From assembly GCA_965197425.1 (NCBI GenBank), contig CBDANC010000015.1, forward strand, positions 224,001-288,000: a stretch of 64,000 nt of DNA. Direction: 5' to 3'. The notes beneath the pieces are model-generated. The model made no database searches and was not told where the DNA came from. It saw only the letters and a program-made list of their open reading frames with translations. The position numbers and the translations under genes were made by a program. The first letter of the stretch is position 1. The number at the start of each line of letters is the position of its first letter. Origin of the DNA: Bdellovibrionales bacterium. Lineage in GTDB: Bacteria > Bdellovibrionota > Bdellovibrionia > Bdellovibrionales > JAUICD01. Of this stretch, positions 10,535 to 20,555 are shown piece by piece.

Positions 10535-11647
10535 ATGTCACAAGCTTTATATGTCCATATTCCTTATTGTAAACAACTCTGTCCTTACTGCAGTTTTTCA
10601 AAGTATAAAATTGGAAAAACTATATCGCCTCATGAGTATGTACAGCTGCTTTTTTTAGAAATTAAGCATATGTCACACCTGATCAAAAATCCTTACAGTA
10701 TCTATCTAGGAGGTGGTACCCCAAGCATGATCGGAGCAGAAAATATTAAACTTATATTAGAAAAACTAGATCCTTGTGATGAAATAACGGTGGAAATAGA
10801 TCCAGGTACAGTAACCAAGGAAGATATAGATATTTTGATAGATGCAAAAGTAAGTCGTTTTAGCCTTGGTGTACAAAGTATGGATGATGTTTTTTTAAAA
10901 AAAATGGGCAGAACTCATTCTGAAAAAGATACCTTGGAGTTGGTAGATATTTTAAATAAAAAAAATATAAACTTTTCTATGGATCTATTGTTTGCTCTGC
11001 CAGATCAAACGGTGCACCACTTACAGACTGATATAAAAAAAATGCTAACTTGCAAGCCCAAACACATAAGCTCATATCTATTAGAAATACCTAGTAGACA
11101 TAAATTAGGCCATAATAGAGCTAGTGAAAAAGAACAAGTAGAAATGATAGAAACAATAAATCAAATGCTCTCAGAGGAAAATTTCAATAGATATGAAATA
11201 TCAAACTATGCAAAAAGAGGTTTTGAAAGCAAACACAATCTATCATATTGGAATGATCTATCATATATAGGACTTGGACTATCCGCTCACTCATATATAA
11301 AAGAAATAGGATGGGGGGTGAGATTTTGGAATACCAAAAGCATGCAACAATACTCTAAACAAGTTAGAAAAGATTATATGTACAGAAAAACAGAAGTTTT
11401 AACCAAAGCAGAGTCACTTACCGACTATTGCCACTTTAGCCTTAGAAAATTAGAAGGGCTTTCGTGCAATGCATTAAAGGACAAGTATGGTATTGAGACA
11501 TACAAAGTTTTTACGGATCGTGCTAATTTGCTCTGTGACAGAGGCTATATTACTATAGATAAGAAAATCTCATTATCCAAAAAAGGTTTATTGTTCTTTA
11601 ATCGTGTATTAGAAAACCTTTTGTTTACAGATGAAGATTTAAGTTAG
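10535..11647 (+). CDS. hemW: Radical SAM heme chaperone HemW
   Basis: LYVHIPYCKQLCPYCSF, GGGTPS, YEISNYA, HNLSYW. Confidence 0.9.
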   Translation: MSQALYVHIPYCKQLCPYCSFSKYKIGKTISPHEYVQLLFLEIKHMSHLIKNPYSIYLGGGTPSMIGAENIKLILEKLDPCDEITVEIDPGTVTKEDIDILIDAKVSRFSLGVQSMDDVFLKKMGRTHSEKDTLELVDILNKKNINFSMDLLFALPDQTVHHLQTDIKKMLTCKPKHISSYLLEIPSRHKLGHNRASEKEQVEMIETINQMLSEENFNRYEISNYAKRGFESKHNLSYWNDLSYIGLGLSAHSYIKEIGWGVRFWNTKSMQQYSKQVRKDYMYRKTEVLTKAESLTDYCHFSLRKLEGLSCNALKDKYGIETYKVFTDRANLLCDRGYITIDKKISLSKKGLLFFNRVLENLLFTDEDLS

Positions 11648-11658
11648 GAGAATGTTAT

Positions 11659-12390
11659 ATGAAATCTGGTGCTCGTGAGGATAAGAAAACTGATCTTAAA
11701 AACAAGTCAGAAGAGCAACAATATTCAGAAAAACAAGAAGCAGATACACCAGATAATGGTAAAGGGTCTAACACCCTAGATGACGATAAGTCAGATGACA
11801 GCAATAAATCTACTAGCACTTCTAGTAAAAAAGAAACCATTACTTTGGATAGGGAAGAATACGATAAATTAATAACTGATCTAGAAAAGCAAAAACAGGA
11901 TTATCTATATCTGTATGCAGAGATGGAAAACTTAAATAAACGAGTGATCAAGGAACGATCGGAGCTTTTAAAATATGGTTCTCAGAATATATTTACTGCT
12001 CTTTTAGAAATTGTAGACAATTTTGAAAGAGCACTATCTTTAGAAGTTAACAAAGATAACATCGAAGCTTTTACAGATGGTGTAAAGCTTATAAATAATT
12101 TACTACTTGAGCTTTTAAGTAGCTTTTCTGTAAAAGAAGTACCTTCTTTGAGAAAACCGTTTGATCCTATAGTACATGAGGCTCTAGGAACAGAGCCTTC
12201 TAGTGATATAGAAGAAGGGTGTGTTTCGAAAGTATTAGTCAAACCTTATAAACTGCATGACAAGGTAATCAGAACGGGTCATGTTATTGTGGTTAATAAC
12301 AGCAAAAGTAACAAGATGGATTCCAATATTGAAGACAAAAATGATAATGACCCTGAAGAACAAGAAATTCAAAATGAAGACCAAAATTAA
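11659..12390 (+). CDS. grpE: Nucleotide exchange factor GrpE
   Basis: AEMEN..KR, LLEIVDNFERAL, FDPIVHEA, YKLHDKVIR. Confidence 0.95.
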   Translation: MKSGAREDKKTDLKNKSEEQQYSEKQEADTPDNGKGSNTLDDDKSDDSNKSTSTSSKKETITLDREEYDKLITDLEKQKQDYLYLYAEMENLNKRVIKERSELLKYGSQNIFTALLEIVDNFERALSLEVNKDNIEAFTDGVKLINNLLLELLSSFSVKEVPSLRKPFDPIVHEALGTEPSSDIEEGCVSKVLVKPYKLHDKVIRTGHVIVVNNSKSNKMDSNIEDKNDNDPEEQEIQNEDQN

Positions 12391-14332
12391 TAAGTTTTTT
12401 ATTATAATTTTATCCCTTGCCATTTCTTCTTGTACTCTTGTTTCAAGAAAGGATTTGGCTTCTCCTGAAAGATCGGAGTTTAATAGAGTTAAAAATGACA
12501 GAAAAAATTTCGGACATGAACAAAGACTTTTAGCTTTTGCCAAAAAACACCCTAGAACCAATGCAGCATCTGAGGCATATTTTGAACTAGGTAATATGGC
12601 TTTCAAAAAGAAGAGCTTTGAACTTGCAGTTAAGTATTACGATAAAGTCAGGTATATTAAGTCGTCTGATAAAGCTAATGTTTTGAAAGCTTATGCATTG
12701 ATAAACTTAAAAAGACAAAATCAAGCATATCTAATAGCCGATAAACTCTCTAAAAAAAATCGGTTAGATGAAGAAGTTTTATATAATGCTTTGTCCATAA
12801 AAGCACTTTTGTCCGAAAATATTCAAACTTCAAAAGAAAGACTCATAACATACGACAAACTGTTATATGTGTCTGGCAAAGTTGGATCAAAATATAATTA
12901 CTATCCGGAGACAACCGGCAATTTAAATTTTACTTCAGATCCTTTGAAATATAGAATAAAGGCAATTCAAATAATCGATACTTTAGACGCTTCTGATTTG
13001 GAAAAGATAGCATTATCAAGTAACCCCTTAAATTCTTATTTATTTTTTAAATTAGGAAAATTTTATTTTGAGCAGTCAAGATTTGATCAGGCAAGGTTGT
13101 ACTTAGAAAGGGTTACTCGTTTAGACAGAGGCAAATATAGGGAAGAATCAATGAGATTGATCTCTCAATTATTTGCCAAGTCAAAGGTTAACAGAAAAAA
13201 GATTGGAGTGATACTACCAATCAGTGGCCTGCAAAATACTTACGGGCATAGAGCTCTTTTGGGCCTAAATGCAGCTTTCAAAACTTATGAATCTAATAAT
13301 GATAATGATTTTGAAATAGTTGTGATGGATAGCCAAAATAATGAATCGGTAGCTGAGAGAGCTGTCGAAACATTAGTAATAGATCATCATGTGGTTGCTA
13401 TTTTAGGAGGATTGCTTAGCAAGACTGCCAAAGTTATTTCCACTAAGGCACAGGAATTAGGAGTGGTAAATATAACTTTATCTCAGAAAGACGGGATAAC
13501 AGATATAGGTGATTATATTTTTAGAAGTGCCATGACTTTGAGTGATCAAATAGATCTTTTAGTTAGAACTGCCATAAATAAGTACAAAATTAAAAACTTT
13601 GGTATGCTTTATCCTAAAACAAAATATGGAGAAGATAGTGGACTTATATTTTGGCAAATAGTGCTAAAGCATGGTGGTAATGTTGTAGCTACCCAGTCTT
13701 ATGAACATGATGAAACTGATTTTTCAGAACATATAAAAAAATTGGTGGGTACATACTATATTATAGATAGAAGAACAGAGTATAAATCTAAACTAGATGA
13801 ATGGAAGTCTAAAAATCCACACATGAGTGGTAGAGTGAAGCCCCCTCAAAATTTATTACAACCCGTTGTTACCTTTGATGCTTTGTTTGTTCCAGATGAT
13901 GTAAAAGCACTAGGTCAAATTGCTCCAATGCTTAATTATAATGATGTGAATGAAATAACTTTGCTTGGAACTAACCTTTGGAACACCCCTGCCTTACATA
14001 ACAGAGTGCCTCACTATACTAGTTTAGTTTATGTTGATAGTTTCAGATCTGAAAAACCACCATTTACTACTTCTAGTTTTAGAAAAAGCTTTTTAAAAAC
14101 ATTTAATAGAGAACCTACTATTATAGAATTGCAATCATATGATGCTGGTATTTTTTTAAAACTAGCTTTACAAAAATTAAAAACTAACTCTAGACAAAAG
14201 CTAAAAGACATTATGTTAACTCAAAATAGAGTACCAGGAGCCTTAGGTTCTTTGGAAATACAAAGAGATACTGGTGTTATTAAACGGCCATTGGTTTTGT
14301 TAGAAAGAATCGTCCCCAAAGAATCTAACTAA
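12374..14332 (+). CDS. LpoA-like penicillin-binding protein activator lipoprotein (TPR + periplasmic-binding fold)
   Basis: ATG 12374 gives lipobox LAISSC; TPRs; IGVILPISG, FDALFVPD, LLGTNLWN. Confidence 0.8.
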   Translation: MKTKINKFFIIILSLAISSCTLVSRKDLASPERSEFNRVKNDRKNFGHEQRLLAFAKKHPRTNAASEAYFELGNMAFKKKSFELAVKYYDKVRYIKSSDKANVLKAYALINLKRQNQAYLIADKLSKKNRLDEEVLYNALSIKALLSENIQTSKERLITYDKLLYVSGKVGSKYNYYPETTGNLNFTSDPLKYRIKAIQIIDTLDASDLEKIALSSNPLNSYLFFKLGKFYFEQSRFDQARLYLERVTRLDRGKYREESMRLISQLFAKSKVNRKKIGVILPISGLQNTYGHRALLGLNAAFKTYESNNDNDFEIVVMDSQNNESVAERAVETLVIDHHVVAILGGLLSKTAKVISTKAQELGVVNITLSQKDGITDIGDYIFRSAMTLSDQIDLLVRTAINKYKIKNFGMLYPKTKYGEDSGLIFWQIVLKHGGNVVATQSYEHDETDFSEHIKKLVGTYYIIDRRTEYKSKLDEWKSKNPHMSGRVKPPQNLLQPVVTFDALFVPDDVKALGQIAPMLNYNDVNEITLLGTNLWNTPALHNRVPHYTSLVYVDSFRSEKPPFTTSSFRKSFLKTFNREPTIIELQSYDAGIFLKLALQKLKTNSRQKLKDIMLTQNRVPGALGSLEIQRDTGVIKRPLVLLERIVPKESN

Positions 14333-14361
14333 TAGCTACATCCTAAAGCATATTAGTAAAA

Positions 14362-15672
14362 TTATTTTTTGCGAGTGAAAATTCTGATTGGTATACCTGA
14401 TAAATCCCATTTCTTTTTTATTTGGTTTACTAAAAATTTCTTAAACCTATCCTCTAAAGGTTTTGTGCTATTTGTAAACGCAATAAATGTTGGTGGAACC
14501 TGTTTAGTGTGAACAGCATAATATAATTTTGTTCTACCACTAAAAACTGGTGAATTTTTAGTCACAGTCGAAAAAAATGAATTTAATTCAGAAGTTGTTA
14601 CCTTAAAATGCAATTTACTCCAAAGACTTTCAATAGTCTTGAATAAAACCCCTACACCACTACCTGTTTGTGCACTAATAAAAACTATAGGTATATCTTT
14701 AAAAAATGAAAATACATTTTTAATGTTATCTCTTATTGCTTTTCTAAAGTCTTGAATTTCTTGTTTTCCAATATCACTTTTGTTGATCACTAAAATTACA
14801 GGTTTGTGTATCTTAAGAGCATTGCTAACTAGCCTAGCTTCTTGATGGCCAACTCCTGCCGTGCAGTCAACTATAAGTAAGACTATGTCAGATTGTTCTA
14901 TTGATTTCTCTGATTGAATGCTAGATAGCATTTCAAGCCCAGAGCTTCTTTGTGCCTTTCTTCTAATACCAGCAGTATCTATAAGCTTATATTTTTTACC
15001 TTCAAACTCTACAATACTATCAACACTATCAGTTGTGGTTCCAGGAATGTTGGTTACAATCATGCGGTTGTAGCCATTTATAAAATTACAAAGTGTACTT
15101 TTTCCAGAGTTAGGTTTTCCAATTATTGTCAGGGTTTTAATTTGTTGATTTGTTTCTAAAGGGCTCTCGTCTTTTTTTGAGGTACAGACTTCATTTACTA
15201 TCCAATCCAATATATCAGCTATGCCAATTTTGTTCTCAAAAGCAGCACAAAGCCAAGTGTGATGTAGTTCGTAGAACTCAGATTTTATTTTTGCTTCATT
15301 TTTGTAAGAATCAACTTTATTGATTACAAAAAATACTTTGTGTCCACATTTCTTGGCTAACCTTACAACATTTTTATCCTCTGGATGAATACCAGATTTG
15401 CCATCTACTATTACTACTACAGCATCCACATTGGTTAATAATTCAAGAATTTTGTTTTCTATTTCTTTGCTAAAAAGATCATGAGATTTATTTAAACCTC
15501 CAGTATCAATAATTTTAAACTGTTGTTTGCGCCATGAAGCGTTTGATATTTTTATGTCCCTAGTTGTGCCAGGATCATTTTTTACAAGTGCTTTCCTTGT
15601 ACCTACTATTTTGTTGAACAAGGTTGACTTGCCTACATTAGGCCTTCCTATTATAGCGATCTTTACTAGCAT
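14362..15672 (-). CDS. der: Ribosome biogenesis GTPase Der
   Basis: Two GTPase domains (GRPNVGKST, GKPNSGKST), DTGG/DTAG, NKxD, C-terminal PPTF..GIPIRI. Confidence 0.96.
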   Translation of the reverse strand: MLVKIAIIGRPNVGKSTLFNKIVGTRKALVKNDPGTTRDIKISNASWRKQQFKIIDTGGLNKSHDLFSKEIENKILELLTNVDAVVVIVDGKSGIHPEDKNVVRLAKKCGHKVFFVINKVDSYKNEAKIKSEFYELHHTWLCAAFENKIGIADILDWIVNEVCTSKKDESPLETNQQIKTLTIIGKPNSGKSTLCNFINGYNRMIVTNIPGTTTDSVDSIVEFEGKKYKLIDTAGIRRKAQRSSGLEMLSSIQSEKSIEQSDIVLLIVDCTAGVGHQEARLVSNALKIHKPVILVINKSDIGKQEIQDFRKAIRDNIKNVFSFFKDIPIVFISAQTGSGVGVLFKTIESLWSKLHFKVTTSELNSFFSTVTKNSPVFSGRTKLYYAVHTKQVPPTFIAFTNSTKPLEDRFKKFLVNQIKKKWDLSGIPIRIFTRKK

Positions 15673-16537
15673 TATTAAAACCTAAATTTTTGAGGATAAG
15701 TGAGTTTTGTCTCCATTTCTTCTTAACACTAACATGTAAACTTAGAGTAGTTTTTTTTGAAAAAAATCTCTTTAGGGTAATTTCTGCTCTCGTTCTTATT
15801 TCCTGTATGGTTCTCCCATCGCGGCCTATGACTATTTTTTTGTGATTTTCTTTTTCTATTATAATATCGGCGTATATTTTTAATTCTTTGTTATTATCAT
15901 CATATGATCTCACCTGAACAGCCAGTCCATAAGGAATCTCTTCAAGGAGCAGGTTAAAACACTGTTCTCTTATTTTTTCTGCTGCTAGCTCTTTTGAGCT
16001 AATAGTGCTAAGTTGCTCTGGATCAAATAAGAAGCTATCAGCCTTAGGAAGAAGGGGTTCTATCTTTTCTAATATCTCTGCTTTTGCTTGCTGTGGTTTA
16101 CATTTGGCGCTTACAGAACAAAATATTGCGTCTTTCATTTTATTTTCCAGGATAAAGCGTCTTCTGGGTTTAATATCTGTTTTAGTTATCACAAATATTA
16201 CATTTGGCCTACTTATATATTTATCAATCAGTTTAAATAATATGTTTGGATTATTAAGGTCCAGGGGTAATAAAACTAACAGAATGTCAGAAGTTTTAAT
16301 AATATTATTATACTCAGATTCTAAAAAGTTATTAATGCCAATTTTATCCTTAACAAATCCAGGGCTATCGACAAATACTATTTGTGTATTTTCATAAGTT
16401 AGTATGCCAGTAATCCTATTTCTGGTTGTTTGTGGTTTATCCGTAACAATGCTAAGTTTTTCTCCAACCAATGCATTCAATAAGGTGCTTTTGCCTGCAT
16501 TAGCAAGTCCGACGATACCTACAAAACCTACTTTCAT
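15638..16537 (-). CDS. era: GTPase Era
   Basis: GFVGIVG..NAGKST, KPQTTRN, EEIPY, KH domain IVIGRDG. Confidence 0.95.
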   Translation of the reverse strand: MKVGFVGIVGLANAGKSTLLNALVGEKLSIVTDKPQTTRNRITGILTYENTQIVFVDSPGFVKDKIGINNFLESEYNNIIKTSDILLVLLPLDLNNPNILFKLIDKYISRPNVIFVITKTDIKPRRRFILENKMKDAIFCSVSAKCKPQQAKAEILEKIEPLLPKADSFLFDPEQLSTISSKELAAEKIREQCFNLLLEEIPYGLAVQVRSYDDNNKELKIYADIIIEKENHKKIVIGRDGRTIQEIRTRAEITLKRFFSKKTTLSLHVSVKKKWRQNSLILKNLGFNNASKDRYNRKA

Positions 16538-17199
16538 ATACTATCCTCTATTTTTTCAATAGCTTCCTTTGCGGCACATTGTTCTGCTAGTTTTTTATTT
16601 GATCCTACTCCAGTTGCTAAGCATTTTTCATTTACAAGAACATTTATGAAGAATTTTTTATTATGATCAGGTCCTTCAGTTTTATTAACTCTGTATTCAG
16701 GGTTGGTGGAATACTCTTTATAAACTATTTGTTGAAGTTTATCCTTGTAATTTACTCTTTCATCTTCTGTTTTCACATTCAACAGCTCATCTTTAAATAG
16801 AGAGTAAATCACATCTTTTGTGGTTTCAAAATCCGAGTCTAAGTATATAGCTCCAATTATAGCCTCAAGAGCTGATGCTATTAGTCTCTTTTTATTTCTG
16901 CCGCCAGATAATTCTTCACCTTTTCCAAAGTATATTTTGTTTTGTATTTTTAAATTTTTTGCTACATAAAAAAGAATATTTTCGTTTACAAGCTTATCTC
17001 TTTTTATGGAAATTTCTCCTTCGTTGTCTTGTGGATAGATCTTAAATAATATATCTGTTATAGCTAAACTTAGTACAGAGTCTCCCAAAAGCTCGAGTCG
17101 TTCATTGTTAATACAGCTTTTGTTTTCATTTGCAAAGCTAGAGTGCGTGAGTGCTTCCTTCAACAGTTTATCATCATTAAACTTGTAAAATTCTTTCAT
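16534..17199 (-). CDS. rnc: Ribonuclease III
   Basis: ALTHSS, NERLELLGDSVL, EAIIGAIYLD, dsRBD. Confidence 0.97.
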   Translation of the reverse strand: MKEFYKFNDDKLLKEALTHSSFANENKSCINNERLELLGDSVLSLAITDILFKIYPQDNEGEISIKRDKLVNENILFYVAKNLKIQNKIYFGKGEELSGGRNKKRLIASALEAIIGAIYLDSDFETTKDVIYSLFKDELLNVKTEDERVNYKDKLQQIVYKEYSTNPEYRVNKTEGPDHNKKFFINVLVNEKCLATGVGSNKKLAEQCAAKEAIEKIEDSI

Positions 17200-17254
17200 T
17201 GAGTTTTACATAACACTTTCAAAAGATGCTTTCAATATATATTAGTTTATGATT

Positions 17255-18892
17255 TTAATTCTTATTATTTTCTCTATCAGTTTTTTTTAACCATCTATAA
17301 AGAGTTGATTTAGGTACATTTAATTCTTCAGCGGTCTCAAGTACACCTACTTCTTTTGCCTGTTCTACGGCCTTGGTTTTAAATTCTTCTGTATATACTT
17401 TTCTTTCAAGAATCTTTTTGATTTCGACACCGAGTTTGTTTGCCCAGTTATAAATATTGTCTATTGGGACATCGAATTCTTTAGAGGCCTCAGGAGCCCC
17501 TACTTCTTTTGCTCGCTCTATGACCCTGATTTTAAATTCTTCTGTGTATGTTTTTCTTTCGCGAATCTTTTTGATTTCCACACCTCGTTCATTTGCCCAT
17601 CTACGAATATTGTCTGGTGAGACATCGAATTCTTTAGCGGCCTCAGGAGCACCTACTTGTTTTGCATATTCTACGATCTTTGTTTTAAATTCTTCTGTAT
17701 ATGTTTTATTAATCCTTTTGATTTGAATACCGAGTTTGTTTGCCCATTTACGAACATTTATTATTGGTACATCGAATTCTTTAGCGGCCTTAGATACCCC
17801 TACTTCTTTTGCCCGCTCTATGGCCTTGGTTTTAAATTCTTCTGTATATGTTTTACGGATATTTTTTTTTATTTTAACACCGAGTTTGTTTGCCCAGTTA
17901 TAAATATTGTCTATTAGGACATCGAATTCTTTAGAGGCGTCAGGAGCCCCTACTTCTTTTGCTCGCTCTATGACCTTGGCTTTAAATTCGTCTGTATATA
18001 CATTTCCAATTTTAACACCTGGTTCTTCTATCCCTTCATGAATGGCTACTCTTGATATATTTAATTGGCCTGAGGAGTTAGGTGTGTCTAAATTTATGAC
18101 AAGCTTTGTGACTTTATCTTTTTTTGTATAGTCACTGGTTTCTACACCGAACTCTTCCATCCATCTACGAATAGTTTCTCCTGATTTATTTAGTTCTCTG
18201 ACAGCCTCGGATACACCTTTTTTTCTGACTAACTCTACGGCCTTAGTTTTATATTCATCTAACCAAATATAAATGGTTAGCCCGGTTTCACTTAATTGTC
18301 TAGAGGCCTCAGGTACACCTTCTCTTATTGCTAATTCTACGGTTTTGGTTTTATGTTGATTTAACCAATAACTAATAATTTCTCCTGATATACCTAATAT
18401 TCTACTAGCCTCTGGTACACCTTCTTTTCTAGCTAGCTCTATGGCCTCAGTTTTTTCTTCATTTGAATATGTTTTATGAATCTGAGTATTTCTGATTTGA
18501 GTACCTGTTCTTTGCTCGTAGTCGATTATCCATTCTTTTAAAGAGGTCCTACCCATGTCCAATAGTTTTGCTGCTCCATTTACATTTCCTTCCATTACTT
18601 TTACTACTTCGATAGCAAGAAGTTTTTCTTCATCAGAGTACCTACTTCCCATAAGAGGGTTTCTGACACTAAAGTATGCATCTACTGCTCTTTTAATTTC
18701 AGCTGCCTTATCAACTCCTAATTCACGAAATTGATCTAAAATGGATTCAGATTCTTCGCTTGAATTTTCAAGTGACTCTGTAAGCGCGTTTTTACAAGGA
18801 GCCTGGTTTGTATCGTCTAGTGCAGGCATCCCATCTGTCATGGCGTACACATTGAATGAAAAAACTAATGAAAAAATAAAATTCAAAAACAT
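17255..18892 (-). CDS. Signal-peptide-bearing tandem HTH-repeat protein, paralogue 1 (9 HTH repeats + 1 degenerate)
   Basis: MFLNFIFSLVFSFNVYA leader; repeats YTEEFK..AVERAKEVG...AAKEFDV....I..W resembling HTH_Tnp_1 (IS3 OrfA); no catalytic domain. Confidence 0.85.
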   Translation of the reverse strand: MFLNFIFSLVFSFNVYAMTDGMPALDDTNQAPCKNALTESLENSSEESESILDQFRELGVDKAAEIKRAVDAYFSVRNPLMGSRYSDEEKLLAIEVVKVMEGNVNGAAKLLDMGRTSLKEWIIDYEQRTGTQIRNTQIHKTYSNEEKTEAIELARKEGVPEASRILGISGEIISYWLNQHKTKTVELAIREGVPEASRQLSETGLTIYIWLDEYKTKAVELVRKKGVSEAVRELNKSGETIRRWMEEFGVETSDYTKKDKVTKLVINLDTPNSSGQLNISRVAIHEGIEEPGVKIGNVYTDEFKAKVIERAKEVGAPDASKEFDVLIDNIYNWANKLGVKIKKNIRKTYTEEFKTKAIERAKEVGVSKAAKEFDVPIINVRKWANKLGIQIKRINKTYTEEFKTKIVEYAKQVGAPEAAKEFDVSPDNIRRWANERGVEIKKIRERKTYTEEFKIRVIERAKEVGAPEASKEFDVPIDNIYNWANKLGVEIKKILERKVYTEEFKTKAVEQAKEVGVLETAEELNVPKSTLYRWLKKTDRENNKN

Positions 18893-18907
18893 AAAATAGC
18901 ACCCATT

Positions 18908-20541
18908 TTAATTCCTATTATTTTCTCTATCAGTTCTTAACCATCTATAAAGAGTGTTCTTAGATACTTTAATTCTTTAGCGGCCTTGGGTACACCTATT
19001 TCTGTTGCACGCTCTACGGCCTTGGTTTTAAATTCTTTTGTATATGTTTTACGGATACTTTTTTTTATTTTAACACCGCGTTCTTTTGCCCAGTTATAAA
19101 TACTTACTATTGAGACATTGAATTCTTTAGCGGTCTTAGGTGCACCTACCTCTTTTGCACGCTCTATAGCCTTGGTTTTAAATTCTTCTGTATATGTTTT
19201 AATAATCCTTTTAATTTGAATACCGCGTTTGTTTGCCCATCTACGAATATTGTCTTCTGGCACATCGAATTCTCTAGCGGCTTTAGGTGCACCTACTTCT
19301 GTTGCCCGTTCCACGATCTTTGTTTTCTCTTCTTCTGTATATGTTTTTGTTTTACGAATTTTTTTGATTTTAACACCGAGTTCTTTTGCCCATCTAGGAA
19401 TATTGTTTGTTGAGGTCTTGAATTCTTTGGCGGCTTTAGGTACGCCTACTTCTGTTGCCCGCTCTACGACCATGGCTTTAAATTCTTCTGTATATGTTTT
19501 TATTTCACGAATCTTTTTGATTTTAACGCCGCGTTCGTCTGCCCAGTTACGAATAGTTTGTGTTGAGGTATTGAATTCTTTAGCGGCCTCAGGCACGCCT
19601 ACTTCTTTTGCATACTCCACGACCTCGATTTTAAATTCTTCTGTATATACATTACCAATTTTGACACCTGGTTCTTCTACTCCTTCATAAACGGCTATCC
19701 TCGATATATTTAATTGTCCTGAGGGGTTAGGTGTACCTAAATTTATGACAGGTTTTATGATTTTATCTTTTTTTGTATAGTTACTGGTCTCAACACCGCG
19801 TTCGTCTGCCCATCTACGAATAGTTGCTTCCGGTTTATTTAATTGTTTAGTAGCTTCAGATATACCTTTTTTTCTGGCTAACGCCACTGCATTAATTTTA
19901 TATTCATCTAACCATCTATAAAGAGTTAGCCCGGTTTCATTTAACTGTCTAGCGGCTTCAAGTACACCTTCTCTTATTGCTAATTCCACGGCCTTGGTTT
20001 TATATTTATTTAACCAATGCTTAATAGTGTAGTATAATATACCTGATATTCTACTAGCCTCAGATATACCTTCTTTTCTGGCTAGCTCTACAGCCTCGGT
20101 TCTCTGTTCATCTGAATATGTTCTTTGAATCCGAGGGTTTCTGATCTGAGTAGCTGTTCTTTGCTCGTAGTCGATTGACCAGTTTCTTAGAGATTCATGA
20201 CTCATGTCCAATAGTTTTGCAGCTCCGGTTACATTTCCTTCCATCACTTTTACTAATTCAATAGCAAGAAGTTTTTCTTCATCAGAGTACCAACTTCCCG
20301 TAAGAGGATTCCTGACACTAAAGTATGCATCCACTGCTCTTTTTATTTCAGTGGCCTTATCAACTGATAATTCAAGAAATTGATCTAAGATGGATTCAGA
20401 CTCTTCACTTAACTTTTCAAGTGACTCTGTAAGTGCTTCTTTACAAGGAACCTGGTCTGTATCGTCTAGTGCAGGTATTCCACCTGTTGTGGCATACACA
20501 TTGAATGAAAAAACTAATGAAAAAACAAAATTTAAAAACAT
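18908..20541 (-). CDS. Tandem HTH-repeat protein, paralogue 2, with a 1-nt deletion in the last repeat (ORF as read ends at 18937)
   Basis: Same architecture; restoring one base at 18967/18968 yields ELxVSKNTLYRWLRTDRENNRN*, matching the paralogues. Confidence 0.82.
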
Positions 20542-20555
20542 AAATAGTACCTATT

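Noticed and set aside
10459..11658. CIRCE element/hrcA near hemW-grpE
   Set aside because: No TTAGCACTC-N9-GAGTGCTAA and no hrcA or dnaK in the window
12281..12373. N-terminal extension of the LpoA-like ORF
   Set aside because: Lies within grpE; ATG 12374 gives a proper lipoprotein signal
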